Origin: Squalus acanthias
Taxonomy: Eukaryota
Direction: 5' to 3'
Assembly: GCA_030390025.1 (NCBI GenBank)
Contig: CM059432.1
Location: forward strand, 78,060,001-78,124,000
DNA length: 64,000 bases
Under the pieces are notes generated by a model, which saw only the letters and a list, made by a program, of their open reading frames with translations, did not search any database and was not told the origin of the DNA. This document shows positions 12,481 through 25,305 of the stretch, piece after piece; the first letter of the stretch is position 1, and each line of letters begins with the position of its first letter. The translations under genes were made by a program, and so were the position numbers.

Positions 12481-15400
12481 TTAGGAGGTGTGGACGAGAC
12501 GGTGCGGCGGTCTGATGGGCCGGCCGGAGCGGCTCTTGTAGGACGCCGGTGGACGTGGAACGGCCGGGCGTGGAGCAGCCGGGTGAACTGGCTTGAGGGC
12601 AGGTCGGCCGCGTGGCGGTGGACGAGCTACCGGGACCTGCTCACCAGGCTCCGAGTGTGCTGGTTTGAGTCGGTCAACCGACACTTTTTTGGTCCTGTTG
12701 CCCACTTGGAGGGTGAAAAATTTGTCCCCAGCCTGTAGCACCTTGTAGGGCCCGTCGTACGGGGGTTGAAGGGGTCCACGGTGTGCGTCGTGCCGGACAA
12801 AAATGAACCGTGCCTGGTGCAGGCTTAGTGGGACGTGTGAGGTGGATTCGCCGTGTCGGGCAATGGGCACTGGGGCGAACTGTAGCGCCGGTGAGGCAAA
12901 GTCGTGGCGTTGCTGGTCGGCTGACCAGGGTGTCGTGGCAGTGGGCAGGAACTCGCCGGGTACGCGCAGTGGCTGGCCGTACACGAGCTCTGCTGCCGAT
13001 GCGTGGAGGTCTTCTTTAACCGCGGTACGCAGGCCGAGGAGGACCCACGGGAGTCGGTCGGTCCAGGCGCCGTCCTGGAGGCTGGCTCGAAGAGATGCCT
13101 TCAAGGATCTGTGGAACCACTCACACAGTCCGTTGGCTTGGGGGTGGTATGCTGTGGTGCGGTGAATGGTCACCCCGAGATTGCGTGCGACGGCGGTCCA
13201 GAGTTCAGAGGTAAATTGCGGACCTCTGTCCGACGTCATGTCGGAGGGGACGCCGAACTGTGTGACGCAGGTGCTGACGAAGGCTCTGGTGATGTCGGCG
13301 GTGGTGGTAGAGGTCAGTGGAATTGCCTCGGGCCAGCGCGTAGTGCGGTCAACGATCGTCAGCAAGTGCGTGTGGCCTTGCGACGGCGGCAGGGGCCCGA
13401 CGATGTCCACGTGGATGTGGTCGAATCTACGCGAAGGGACGGTAAACTCCTCGAGGGGTGCTTTCGTGTGTTGCTGCACCTTGGCCCATTGGCAGGCTAG
13501 GCAGGAGTTGGCCCAAGTACGCACATCCTTGTGAAGGCCGCGCCAGACAAAACGGTTGGCTACCAATTTGATGGATGCGCGGGCGCCGGGGTGGGAGAGG
13601 TTGTGAAGAATCTTGAATACCCGGCGGCGCCAGGACGCTGGGACGACGGGCCGAGGTTGACATAGGGATATGTCGCACTTGACCGTGACTGCGGTCGGGC
13701 CCCAGGCGACGTCGGCCAGGCGTAGCCCTGGTAGGTTGGTAGGTGCGGAGAGCAGATCAGGGTCGGTGATCTGGTCTGCGGCGAGTTGAGCGTAGTCGAC
13801 TGCCAGGTGTGCGGCGTGGATGGCGGGGCGGGAGAGGCAGTCGGCTACCACATTGTCTTGGCCGGAGACGTGTTGGATGTCCGTGGTGAACTCGGACACT
13901 GCCGCAAGCTGGCGCTGCTGCCTGGCGGACCAGGGGTCGGTTGTCTTTGCCATTGCGAATGTCAGGGGCTTGTGGTCGACAAACGCAGTGAAGGGGTGGC
14001 CCTCCAGCAAAAAACGAAAATGGCGGACCGCCAGGAACAGCGCGAGGAGCTCGCGGTCGAAGGTGCTGTACTTGACCTCTGGGGGGCGTAGTTGGCGGCT
14101 GAAGAAGGCAAGTGGTTGCCAGGCGCCGTCGACCCACTGCTCATACACGGCGCCGACCGCGTGGTCGGAGGCGTCCGTGGTGAGCGCTACCCTGGCATTG
14201 GGCCGTGGGTGCGCGAGCAGGGTGGCGTTGGCGAGCGCGGTCTTGGTGGAGTCGAAGGCGGCGGACGCGTCTGCCGTCCATTCGACCGCCATCTTGCCAC
14301 TCCTGCCCCGGAGGGCTTCATACAGGGGCCTCATGAGGGATGCCGCTTTGGGGATGAAGCGGTTGTAGAAATTCACCATCCCGAGGAACTCCTGGAGGCC
14401 TTTGATGGTGGTGGGGCGAGGAAATTGTTGGACGGCCTGCACCTTGGTGGGCAGAGGAATGGCCCCAGCATGGGTGATGTGGTGGCCGAGGAAGTCGATC
14501 TTGTCCAGGCCGAACTGGCATTTGGCTGGGCTGAGGATGAGCCCGTGGTCGCTGAGGCGGCCGAACAGGATGCGAAGGTGTTCGAGGTGTTCCTGCTTGG
14601 AGGAACTGGCTACCAGGATGTCGTCCAGGTAGACGAACAGGAACTTCAGGTCCCGAAGGACCGAGCCCATGAGCCGTTGGAATGCCTGGGCCGCGTTTTT
14701 GAGGCCGAAGGGCATCCGCAGGAACTCGAACAGGCCGAAGGGGGTGATTACGGCCGTCTTGGGGACGTCCGCGTGGTGGATGGGGACTTGGTGGTAGCCG
14801 CGCACCAGGTCGACCTTGGAAAAGACTGAGCGGCCGGCCAGTCTAGCCGAGAAGTCCTGGATGTGCGGCACGGGGTACCGATCCGGGGTGGTGGCGTCAT
14901 TGAGGCGGCGGTAATCCCCGCAGGGGCGCCAACCTCCGCCTGGTTTGGGGGCGATGTGGAGTGGCGAGGCCCAGGGACTGTTGAAGCGGCGGATGATGCT
15001 GAGCTGTTCCATGGTGGCAAACTCGGTCCACGCGATCTCCAGTTTGGCCGGGTCCAGCCTGCGGGTGTGGGCGTACACTGGGGGGCCTGTGGTGGGGATG
15101 AAGTGTTCCACCCCGTGTTTGGTGGCCTCCACGGAGAAGGTCGGATTGGTAAGGGCCGGGAATTCGGCCAGGAGTGTCGAGTAGTCATCCGTGGCCCGGG
15201 CGTGGCACTGTGACGCCATGTCGGCGGGTTGACGGGGGGCCAGGGCGCCCAGGATGGGGGACATGGTGTTCATGTCCACGAGGCGGTGTCGAGGGATGTC
15301 TACCAGTAGGCCGTGGGCGCACAGGAAATCTGCGCCAATGAGAGGGGAGAGCACCTTGGCAGTGATGAACTCCCATCGGTAGCGGCGACCAGCGAGGTCA

Positions 15401-16262
15401 AGGGTGACTATGCGGGTGCCGTACGTCTGGATGTCTGAGCCGTTAGCAGCAGCCAGCGCCGGTCCTCGTTTGCCCTTTTGGATGTCGAGGGCGGAGGCCG
15501 GGATGATGCTGTGCTGAGCTCCAGTGTCCCACAGGAACCGGCGGCCGGTTTTGTCATCCGTGACGTTCAGCAGGGAGCCCGCGTGGCCCACGGCCATCGC
15601 GGGGGCTGGTACGGGGGTTGACTTGAAAGAGCAGGGAGGTGTGCACCGTTGTGCCCTGGCGCCGAACCGTGCGTGGTAGTAACAGTGGCCTGGGTTAGTG
15701 GGGCGCGAAGGCCCCGTGAGCCCGGTGGCTGGGCCTTGTGGCCGCGTGGTGGCCGGTGAGGGGCGCGCCCAGGCAGTAGCTGCCAGGTCCGGGGTGACGT
15801 CTCGGCTGGAGTGAGCGGACAGCAGCTTGTCGGCCTCATCGGCCAGGGCTTCCAGGTCCGTGAGGCCGGACGCCACGATCGCTGGGCGGATGCCGAGAGG
15901 TAGCTGGCGGATGAACAGTGTGCGGAAGAGGGATCCGGGTGGGCTCTCGTCGGTGAGGGAGAATATGTGGGAGAGAAGGTCTGACGGTGAGGCATCACCG
16001 AGGCCTGGAAGGTTGAGGAGGTGGCAGTTTCGCTGGTATGCCAAGGCCGTAAATTTTTTAAGGAGCGCAGCCTTATGATGTGCATACTTGCCCTCCCCTG
16101 GTGGGTTCTGCAGCGCTGTCCAGACCTTCGTAACTGTGGAGCTACCGAGTGATGTGACGAGATAGTCGTACTTCGTCCCATCTGTGGTGATGTTTCGCAG
16201 GCTTCGGGCTGGTTTTCCGAAAACTCCGGCAGTTTCACGGAAACTGCGTTCGTGTCCGCCAT
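12481..16262 (-). CDS. Gypsy gag-pol polyprotein (gag, aspartic protease, RT, RNase H, integrase); a frameshift in the gag N-terminus separates the ATG from the long ORF
   Basis: The 1273-aa ORF contains DTGA (protease), YLDD (RT), TDAS/YSTFDRELLA (RNase H), an HHCC zinc motif, SDRG..E (integrase core) and GPY. The gag start MADTNAVSVKLPEF at 16262 is in another frame. Confidence 0.93.
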
Positions 16263-16287
16263 TGCAGTGCTCAGAATATGTTCTGAG

Positions 16288-16301
16288 CGTCGGGGTCACC
16301 A
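16288..16301 (-). other. Primer binding site complementary to the 3' end of tRNA-Trp
   Basis: The minus strand reads TGGTGACCCCGACG next to the 5' LTR; vertebrate tRNA-Trp ends in ...CGUCGGGGUCACCA. Confidence 0.85.
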
Positions 16302-16302
16302 A

Positions 16303-16520
16303 GGTTGTGGCTGCCGCAAAACACGAATTAAGGCCGAGTCAACACGTGAAACACATAGCTTTTAATCACATCTCTGCTCAAAATGGCTGCAGCCACATTT
16401 CTCTGCAAAAATCCAGAGGCCCCGCCCACTCCTTTTTTCCTGCCTTAAAGGCAAGGTGCCCGATTTATTGTCCACGGACGGAAAAGTGGATTGCGCCCGT
16501 TTAGGTGGCGATCCACCACA
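16303..16520 (-). repeat. 5' LTR (218 bp)
   Basis: Differs from the 3' LTR by about 5 substitutions counted by eye plus the 16-bp duplication. Confidence 0.93.
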
Positions 16521-16700
16521 ACAACTTTTTTTTGCTCTCTAAGTTAGGGAAGGGGGTTAAATTAAGAGCTGAGAAACTGTAACTTGCTTGTACTTATTAA
16601 ATTAATAACTTAAACGAGATAAAATAATCAAACAATAAACTAAAATATCGATTGAATAAAAGCTTTAACTAATAAATTAATAAATAAAACAAGGTTAGCA

Positions 16701-19700
16701 ATAGCAGGGCAGGTGGTGTGTCATAACTGCACCATGTGGGAGTTTGTGGAGAGCATCGTGATCCTGAGCAACCACATCTGCAGTAAGTGTCTGCAACTCG
16801 AGGAACTTCGGCTCAGAATTATTGAGCTGCAGACATTGCGATGCATCAGGGAGGGGGAGAGTTGCCTGGACTCATTGTTCCAGGAGACAGTCACACCCTT
16901 TAGGTTAGCATAGAAGCATAGAAGATAGGAGCAGGAGTAGGCCATTCGGCCCCTCGAGCCTGCTCCGCCATTTAATGAGATCATGGCTGATCATCCAAAT
17001 TCAGTACCCTGTCCCTGCTTTCTCCCCATATCCCTTGATCCCTTTAGCCTTAAGAAATATATCTATCTCCTTCTTGAATATATTTAATGAATTGGCCTCA
17101 ACTGCCTTCTGTGGTCGAGAATTCCACAGGTTCACCACTCTCTGGGTGAAGAAATTCCTCCTCATCTCAGTCCTAAATGGCTTACCCCTTATCCTTAGAC
17201 TGTGACCTCTGGTTCTGGACTCCCCCGCCATTGGGAACATCCTTCCTGCATCAAGTCTGTCTAGTCCTGTTAGAATTTTATAAGTTTCAATGAGATCCCC
17301 TCTCATTCTTCTAAACTCCAGCGAATATAAGCCTAATCGACCCAATCTCTCTTCACACGTCATTCCTGCCATCCCAGGTATCAGTCTGGTAAATCTTCGC
17401 TGCACTCCCTCCATGGCAAGAACATCCTTCCTCAGATAAGGCGACCAAAACTGCACACAATACTTAAGGTGTGGTCTCACCAAGGCCCTGTACAACTGCA
17501 GCAAGACATCCTTGCTCCTGTACTCGAATCCTCTCGCTATGAAGGCCAACATACCATTTGCCTTCTTAACCGCCTGCTGCACCTGCATGCTTACCTTCAG
17601 CGACTGGTGCACAAGGACTCCCAGATCTCGTTGCACTTCCCCTTTTCCCAATCTATTGCCGTTCAGATAATAATCTGTCTTCCTGTTTTTGCCACCAAAG
17701 TGGATAACCTCGCATTTATCCACATTATTCTGCATCTGCCATGCATCTGCCCGATCACCCAACCTGTCCAAAGCATACTGGAGTTTCTCTGCATCCTCCT
17801 CACAGCACACACGCCCACCCAGCTTTGTGTCGTCTGCAAACTTAGAGATATTACATCTAGTTCCCTCGTCTAGATCATTAATATATATTGTGAATAGCTG
17901 GGGTCCTAGCACCGATCCCTGCGGTAAAGACCCGTTTAATCCTACTCTTTGCTTCCTGTCTGCCAACCACTTCTCTATCCAAATCAGTACCTTACCCCCA
18001 ATCCCATGTGCTTTAACTTTGCACGCTAATCTCTTATGCGGGACCTTATTGAAAGCCTCCTGAAAGTCCAAATACACCACATCCACTGGTTCTCCCTTAT
18101 CTATTCTACCAGTTACATCCTCAAAAAATTCCAGTAGATTAGTCAGGCATGATTTACCTTTTGTAAATCCATGTTGACTTTGTCCGTTCCTGTCACTGTT
18201 TTCCAAGTGCTCTGCTATTACATCTTTTATAATGGACTCTAGCATTTTGCCCACTACCGATGTCAGGCTTACCGGTCATAATTCCCCGTTTTTTCTCTAC
18301 CACCTTTTTTAAATAATGGGGTTACATTAGCTACCCTCCAATCCATGGGAACTGTTCCAGAGTCTATAGAATTTTGAAAGATGACCAGCAATGCATCTAC
18401 TATTTCTAGGGCCACTTCCTTAAGTACCCTAGGATGTAGATTATCAGGCCCTGGGGAATTATCGGCCTTCAATCCCATTAATTTCCCTAACACCATTTCC
18501 CGACAAATACTGATTTCATTCAGTTCCTCCCTCTCATTAGACCCTATGTTACCGACATCTCTGGGAGTTTATTTGTGTCCTCTTTTGTGAAGACAGAACC
18601 AAAGTATGTATTTAATTGGTCTGCCATTTCTTTGTTCCCTATTATAAATTCCCGATTCTGACTGCAAGGGACCTACGCTTGACTTCACCAATCTTTTTCT
18701 CTTCACATATCTATAGAAGCTTTTACAGTCAGTTTTTATGTTCCCTGCAAGCTTACTCTCATATTCTATTTTCCCCCTCTTAATTAATCCCTTTGTCCTC
18801 CTTTACTGAATCCTAAACTGCTCCCAATCCTCAGGTTTGCTGCTTTTTCTGGCCAATTTATATGTCCTCTCCTTGGATCTTATGCGATCCCTAATTTCCC
18901 TTGTTAGCCACGGTTGAGTCACCTTTTTTGTTTTATTTTTATGCCAAACAGGGATGAACAAATTCTGTAGTTCATCCATGCGATCTTTAAATGTTTGCCA
19001 TTGCCTATCCATCGTCAACCCTTTAAGTAACGTTCCCCAATCTATCCTAGCCAACTCGCGCCTCATACCATCATAGTTTCCTTTATTTAAATTCAGGACC
19101 CTAGTCTCTGAGTCAACTACTTCACTCTCCATCTTAATGAAGAATTCTATCATATTATGATCGCTCCTCCCCAAGGGGCCTCGCACAACAAGATTGCTAA
19201 GGTTAAGTAGTACTTTAGAGTTCATCAGTGGTCAGGGACAGGAGTGTGTGACCGTGAGTCAGAAAGGTTTGGGGACCCAGGATGTAGTGATGGAGGAGCC
19301 TCAGCCTTTGACCTTGTCCAACAGGTACGAGGTACGTGCTGCCTGTATGGATGAGGAAAAGGACTGCAAGGAGGATGGGCAAACTGACCACAACACTGTG
19401 GTACAGGAGGCCATCCAAGTGGAGGGACAAGGAAGGAATGTGGTAGTGGTAGGGGGCAGTATAGTCAGGGAGATAGATATTGTTCTCTACAGCCGCGAAA
19501 GAGAGTCCTGAAGGCTGCGTTGCCTGCCCGGTGCCAGGGTTAAGGAGATCTCCTCACGGCTGGAGAAGAACCTGGAGTGGGAGGGGGAGGATCCAGTTGT
19601 CATGGTCCATGTAGGATCCAATGACATAGGTAGAACTAAGAATGTGGTTCTGCTGAGAGAGTTTGAGGAGCTCGGGTCTAAATTAATAAGCAGAACTTCA

Positions 19701-19943
19701 AACTAATAATCTCTGGATTACTACCTGAGCCACGTGCAAATTGGCAGAGGGTCAAGCAGATCAGAGTTAAATGCGTGGCTCAAAGAGTGGTGTGGGAAGA
19801 AGGGGTTTCGATTCATGGGGCACTGGCACCAGTACTGGGGAAAGAGGAAGCTGTTCCATCAAGACGGGCTCCACTTAAACCGGGCTGGGACCAGCATCCT
19901 GGCGAATCGAATAACTAGGACTGTAGATAGGGCTTTAAACTAA
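16701..19943 (+). pseudogene. CR1 ORF1 (CxxC..CxxC zinc finger, leucine zipper, SGNH esterase), interrupted at 16908-19199
   Basis: N-terminal part CHNC..ICSKC LQLEELRLRIIEL. After the insert: LSNRY, VVVGGSIVR (GDS-like), CLPGARV, HVGSND and DGLHLNRAG. The probable start codon is mutated to ATA, and stops and frameshifts are present. Confidence 0.85.
16908..19199 (-). mobile_element. 5'-truncated CR1 LINE inserted antisense into CR1 ORF1
   Basis: ORF 17001..18254(-) encodes a 417-aa RT region; ORFs 18269..18496 and 18803..19225 encode the linker and APE end. The tail is at 16908-16930, and AGGTTA flanks both sides (16902-16907, 19200-19205). Confidence 0.93.
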
Positions 19944-20176
19944 AAGAGCGGAGGGAGGGGTCATCTAAAGAGAAAGGTCAAGGCAATAAAGCAGTGTAGC
20001 GATTTGGGTAAAAATAGGTAGCAGTGCAGCAGAGAATAAGGTCAAAGCAGGAAATAATGGTCAAAAATTTTAATTAAAGGCTCCTTATCTGAATGCATGA
20101 AGCATTCATAACAAGATAGATGAACTAGTGGCACAAATAGAGATAAATGGGTTTGATCTAATAGCCATTACAGAGA

Positions 20177-20335
20177 TGCTGCTCACAATGTGGTCTCCTC
20201 TACATTGGGGAGACCAAACGCAGATTGGGTGACTGCTTTGCGGAACACCTCCATTCAGTCCGTAAGTGTGACCCCGAGCTTCCGGTCGCCTGTCACTTTA
20301 ATTCTCCACTCCACTCCCACTCTGATCTCTCCATC
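20177..20335 (+). mobile_element. Penelope-like element fragment (GIY-YIG endonuclease)
   Basis: Translates as CSQCGLLYIGETKRRLGDCFAEHLHSVRK...PVACHFNSPLHSHSDL. Confidence 0.85.
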
Positions 20336-21382
20336 CACAGCATTCTTCTGTGACTGATTTTCCAGGGAGCGGGCACCCAGTGCGAAACAGTGCATTGGGC
20401 TCCCACTATAGTATCATTGGCTACAAGACATAAGGCAACATCCTTAATGTTCAGCTATTGGAGATGTTAGCATTAGGTTGCAGGAGATTCTCATGACCTC
20501 CTAGTCTTGCTCATTTGGTCAATTAGGTACTTATTATTTAACACTGGGGATGACACCGAAACCTTTTGACCTTAAAACATTTGTGAAAATCCCAAGATAA
20601 GCAGTGCTTGCATTCTGCTAAATGAGTAACCAGAATGAGACTTCAATGAGGAGGCAGCCAGGCTGAGATCAAGAATTAATTAAATGGGGAGCCAAAATAT
20701 ATGAATACATATGAGGCCTAATTTAATGATCCAGTACTCCCAACAGGGAGTGGCACTCAAGGGACCACATTTCGGGAAATCATAGGCATGCAGCCCGTGA
20801 TTTTTTTTCCATTGGCTCATCTTAAATGAATTGTCCAAGGAATATATACTCATCTTTATGGATCATTGCACAAATGGGTTACCTCTTTAACAAGCAACTG
20901 TTGAGGTAGTAACTAAACATCAAGAGCTGTAAATGCACTGGTCATTGCATCAAGTGCCAGCACCTCACATTACGGGGTGCTGATGCCTACTCAGTGCTGA
21001 CGACCTGCGTACCTACCATGTGCTGGGCTCTTTAAAGGCCTAGATTGTATACAAGTTAGAGGGTCATGCCATAACATAGTAAAATCTTCTAAACAGCACT
21101 TCAGATGCTCAGCCTTGTCTAATCTCGTGACTGTGGATGAGATTCCTTTCAAAGTGTTCTTCCCCCCCACATAAAACTGAGCACAGGGGGTGGGGAGCAC
21201 TGGGATCTGCCCTACTCAAGTAGGCCTCTTAAAGTAATTTTTTATTTTATTTTTACGTTTTTAGTTACCCTTTTCATTATTTTGTTGGTTTTGTTGGGTA
21301 GTCCTCCATTTTTGCATTTTTGTTTTTTTCCATGCCAATGCTTAGCTTAATTATTCTTGGTTGTTACTGGGTTTGAAATCAC

Positions 21383-21974
21383 ATGATCGATTTTAACCTG
21401 GGGGGAGTGGGCAGGGTTTGGGGTGGGGGGGTTGTGTGCAAAATGCAAACGTTGGAGAAAATTTGAGACTTGGGCTATTTTAACTCCTGGCCTCTTTAAC
21501 ATGCTGCAGGTTCGCGTACAGGAAGTGGGTAGGAAGCAGGTTTGGGGAAGAGAGTTCGGGGAGGGTCTTGCGGCAAGGAAGGGCAGGGAGTCAGAGGCAG
21601 GGAATGCCGTGACTTTCCTTGTGCAACCTGGAGGAGCTCCCCTGCTCCTCTTGGCCCCACAAAGGAAAGTTAAAAAATTATCTGTTTGGGTCTTTTCATC
21701 TTCCCAGCAGGTCCTGACTCTCCAGCCTGGCGAGAAAGCTGTGGCGACTTCCCCGCTCTGGCCTGAGTTAAAAACGCAGCCCGATGATGTTACCTGCATA
21801 TTTTAAAAAGGACCCTGCTGGTTGAGGGTGGGCGGCTTAGCCACCCATTCAGAAGCCTGAGTAAAAGTCACGGTCAGCGAGATCCAGGCAGCTTTCCAGC
21901 TGGTAAGTAACCCAGGGCATTTTAACTGCCCACTGCTTGGTTTCTGCAAGCTGGATAGGGTTAAAATTATCCCC
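21383..21974. mobile_element. Probable non-autonomous DNA transposon (MITE)
   Basis: Inverted ends ...attttaacc / ggttaaaatt...; GC-rich non-coding interior; no TSD resolved. Confidence 0.5.
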
Positions 21975-22099
21975 CCCTCCAAACTTTACAAAGAGGTGAG
22001 GATGAGTATTCCTTTGAGGGTTGCAAATGTGAAAGGGGAAACACATTCATCCTTTATCTGTGAAAAGGAGGCATCAGCTGGACTTTGGACAGCTATCAG

Positions 22100-22430
22100 T
22101 GGGTGGCAGAGTCCTATCGTGTGCAATGCTTCATAGGTGGCAGCCATGTGGGCATCAAGGCTCTTCATATCAACCCCACAGCCCTCATGAAAGGGTTTGC
22201 ACTCCATCACTGTTCATGTAGTATCTTACCACAAAAATATCATTATGTATGTCAGTGGCTGTTATCTAAGAAGCAGCCTTGATGCTACCATTGTGCGGCA
22301 TTCCATGGTGCCCATACTATTTGATGGAGAAGGAACACTAGGTGGGTGGGACTTAAGATAACAGGACTATCTTTTGCACCCATTACTGCTGACCCCACTG
22401 AGAAACCCACTTACAGCAAAGGAGCACCAT
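22100..22430 (+). pseudogene. Highly decayed Harbinger transposase fragment
   Basis: Residual motifs IGGSHVGIKA, KGLHSITVHV, ..SLDATIVR and LLTPLRNPLTAKE. Confidence 0.6.
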
Positions 22431-22511
22431 AGCCTGGATGTCTCAGAAGCAGTTTCCTCCCACCTCCACTTAAGGAAAGCATGCCATCATATGGACACAA
22501 TGAAAGACTGT

Positions 22512-24184
22512 GGCCGCAATTTTACTAATGGAGGCGGCTTGAGTATGGGTCCACTGCTCAGAGGCTTTCCGACCCGCTCCCGGCAGCCGCCTCCCAGAGC
22601 TTGCGAATTTGCGTTGATTGGCCTCGTTACGGCCGACGTGCAGGTCCCTCCAGGCAATTGCTTGGAGGCTGTCAGTTTCTCGCGTCTGATGACGCGTTGT
22701 TTGAAAGAAAATTTAAAGGGGCCATGTCCCCTTTGGGAAAAATGTCAATGTGATGGTTTGGTGCTGTAATATATAGAAAGGGGAGTTGACAGCGTCTGTT
22801 CTGAACAAAATTTAATGAATGAAATTGCTGGTCATATTTTTCCAGAAAGATTTTTATGATTTTTTGTATATATCAATTTATAATCTGACTATGAAATGAA
22901 AAAGATGCCAGATTTGTTCCAATCATTGGCTTAGTAATATTAATGCTTTTTTCTCTTAAAAGTGCTGGCTGCTGCAGGAACGGCAGCCCCAATAACTAAG
23001 GCTGCACCCAGGTTCAATGAGGGCTCTCTCCATGCTCTTGTTAAGGGAGTTAGAGGACGTCAGGAGCTCCTCTTCCCTGGAAACGGAAGGAGGAGGTCTC
23101 CTCAGCAAACCATGGCAGCTTGGCTGTAAATTGCCGAGGTGAGCTCGAGGTCTGTGTGCAGACGCACATGGGTTCAGTGTGGAAAAAGGTTTAATGATCT
23201 GCTGAGATCACCTAAAGTGTGGCCTCTGTGTTTTGGGAAATGGAAGTTCAAGAGTGAGGGCTCAGGGTAATTTCCATGTATAATGTTGGTGGTGACACTG
23301 AGCGCAAACCACCGTTTATTGGACAGATGATGCCTGGGGTTTTGAGAATGTCAGACTTATATTCATCTCCATGTGCCAGCCACTTGTGGTTGAAGTGTAA
23401 GATTACGCAAATCTGGCATGGATGAGTGCATCCCTTGCCTGACGGCCAGCAATGTGGTCGTCTGCTGCTGGATTGGCCACATCCGACCCTGCAAGGTGTT
23501 AATCCCTGTCCTCTTCCTCATCCTCTTCATCTTCCTCCAAGGAGGCGGTGTGCTGAGCCACTTATTCATCCGGCAACACTAAGCCGTGCTGCTCTTCCTC
23601 CGAATCTGACGACCAGGATGAGAGGATGTAAATGGTTCCCATCCTGTTGTTATAGATTTCAGTTGAGGTAAGAAGATTGCAAGCGCACACTCAAATTGGC
23701 CTGAAATTATTCCAATCAGTTCAAACATCAGCTGTGTGTCAGCTTGACCAGTCACAAGGTCAGCAGATTTGCAAAATCTTATCCCAAACCTCCAACAACA
23801 AAGTTGTTGCATTTGAATGCCAGCCATGTTACAGGAGCGCTTTTAAGGTTCTGCACCAATAATAACTACAGATCATGTCCTCCACCAACTCGTCTCCTTG
23901 CAGCAGGACTGTTTCTGACAAGATGGGAAACAGGAGCCAGAGGCAGGAAAATGGGAAACCTCCTGTCAAAATAGGATTATCAAGGCAGTTAACAGGCTCT
24001 CAACTGCCTTAACTACCTGTCCCACCAGTTGGAGTCGGGTCAATTTGGGAGCAGCTGAACAGACACTCAGGAAAATCGTGTGGGGGTGGGATGGAGGCAG
24101 GTTGGGTGTCTGAAGCCATTTTTTCTGATTTTACCAGCTGACACGCCTCCAAACCCGCCTCCTCAGGGTTGGTAAAATCGAGCC
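22512..24184. mobile_element. Internally deleted Harbinger derivative related to element B
   Basis: Ends ggccgcaattttac / ggtaaaatcgagcc. It retains a Myb exon-1 homolog (about 22970-23217, +) and the joined start and end of the nuclease (about 23403-23642, -). No clean TSD. Confidence 0.85.
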
Positions 24185-25024
24185 GTGTGTGTGTGAAAGG
24201 GTAATGGTTGTAATGCATTGCTTCAAATGATACATCCCAAAGAGTATTGCAGTTCCCAAATTAGGTTGGTGCCATGCTTGTGTGCAAAGGATAAGAGCAC
24301 ACTTACTTTCGCCTTGCTCCTACCACTGAGTGTTTAGCATTAAAGTGTGGCTCACATGTCTGTTGCAAGCTACAGCCCTTTAAGAGCTGCTTCGTGCCAC
24401 ATTTTGCACTCCTCAGCCAAGTGTGTTACAGGTCAAGCTCTCTGGCAAGTTTTTATTGTGCCAGTAACCAATTTAAACCTGGTACAAAATTTAGCAAGGC
24501 CCATTCCCTGGACTGCCAGCATGGGCTAGCTCAACTCCATTTCTGTTTCTGCCATGGGTCAACTCAATCCCATTTTTTGCCTGACTCTCAAAATTGTGAC
24601 ACTCCCAACTGCAATATGTACATTTTGTCAGGGTAATTTAATAGATATGAATTATGCAAGCTTTCCTGATTATATAGGCCTTCTTATCCTGTGATTATGA
24701 TTGTGAAGGTCATCTGTGTCCTTGTAAAATTCAATTGACTTTTGTTTGGTGATTCAGTTATTAACGGATTGCCATTTCAGCAGAGTACTTAAGGGAACAT
24801 TTTCTGCAGATCTATGCTACTGGTGCATGTGTACAACTTGTGTGGGGGTTTGGGGGTGGGCAAAAGATTCAGGAGAGTCCTTATTCAAAACATGCACAGG
24901 GAGTGTGCAATACCTATTTTGTTCCGGCCAAATGGCGCTGGTGTCAGCAGAGGCTTGCACTTTAGATGGCACAGGCCTTAAGGGTGTGAAAATTCTGAAA
25001 ATTGGTAAGGGCTCCCAAACCCGC

Positions 25025-25305
25025 AAACTCTATCACCTAGAAGGATTAGGCAGCAGGTGCATGAGAACACCATCACCTCCAAGTCACACACCATCCTGAC
25101 TTGGAAATATATCGCCATTACTTCCTCGTCGCTGGGTCAAAATCCTGGAACTCCCTCCCTAACAGCATTGTGGAAGTACCTTCACCACACGGACTGCAGG
25201 GGTTCAAGAAGGTGGCTCACCACTACCTTCTCAAGGGCAATTAGGGATGGGCAATAAATGCTGGCCTTGCCAGCGATGCCCACATCCCAGGAATGAGTAA
25301 AAAAA
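25025..25305 (+). mobile_element. LINE 3' end (CR1/L2 group) with A-rich tail
   Basis: Encodes SWNSLP..FKKVAHHYLLKGN*, then a 3' UTR and A-rich tail; nearly identical to 28040-28269. Confidence 0.8.

Larger units (their letters stand above)
12227..16520 (-). mobile_element. Gypsy/Ty3 LTR retrotransposon, structurally complete and young
   Basis: Two near-identical LTRs, a PBS, a PPT and a gag-PR-RT-RH-IN ORF. The flanks ACAG/ACAA form an imperfect 4-bp TSD. Confidence 0.97.
11744..20177 (+). mobile_element. 5' half of a CR1 LINE (5' UTR, ORF1, start of ORF2), interrupted by a Gypsy element and an antisense CR1
   Basis: The UTR resumes at 16521; ORF1 pieces lie at 16701-16907 and 19206-19943; the ORF2 start (YLNA*SIHNKIDEL...DLIAITE) is at about 20075-20177. 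Confidence 0.8.

Noticed and set aside
12803..16078. Many overlapping antisense and alternate-frame ORFs
   Set aside because: They are shadows of the GC-rich Gypsy pol ORF and have no independent motifs.
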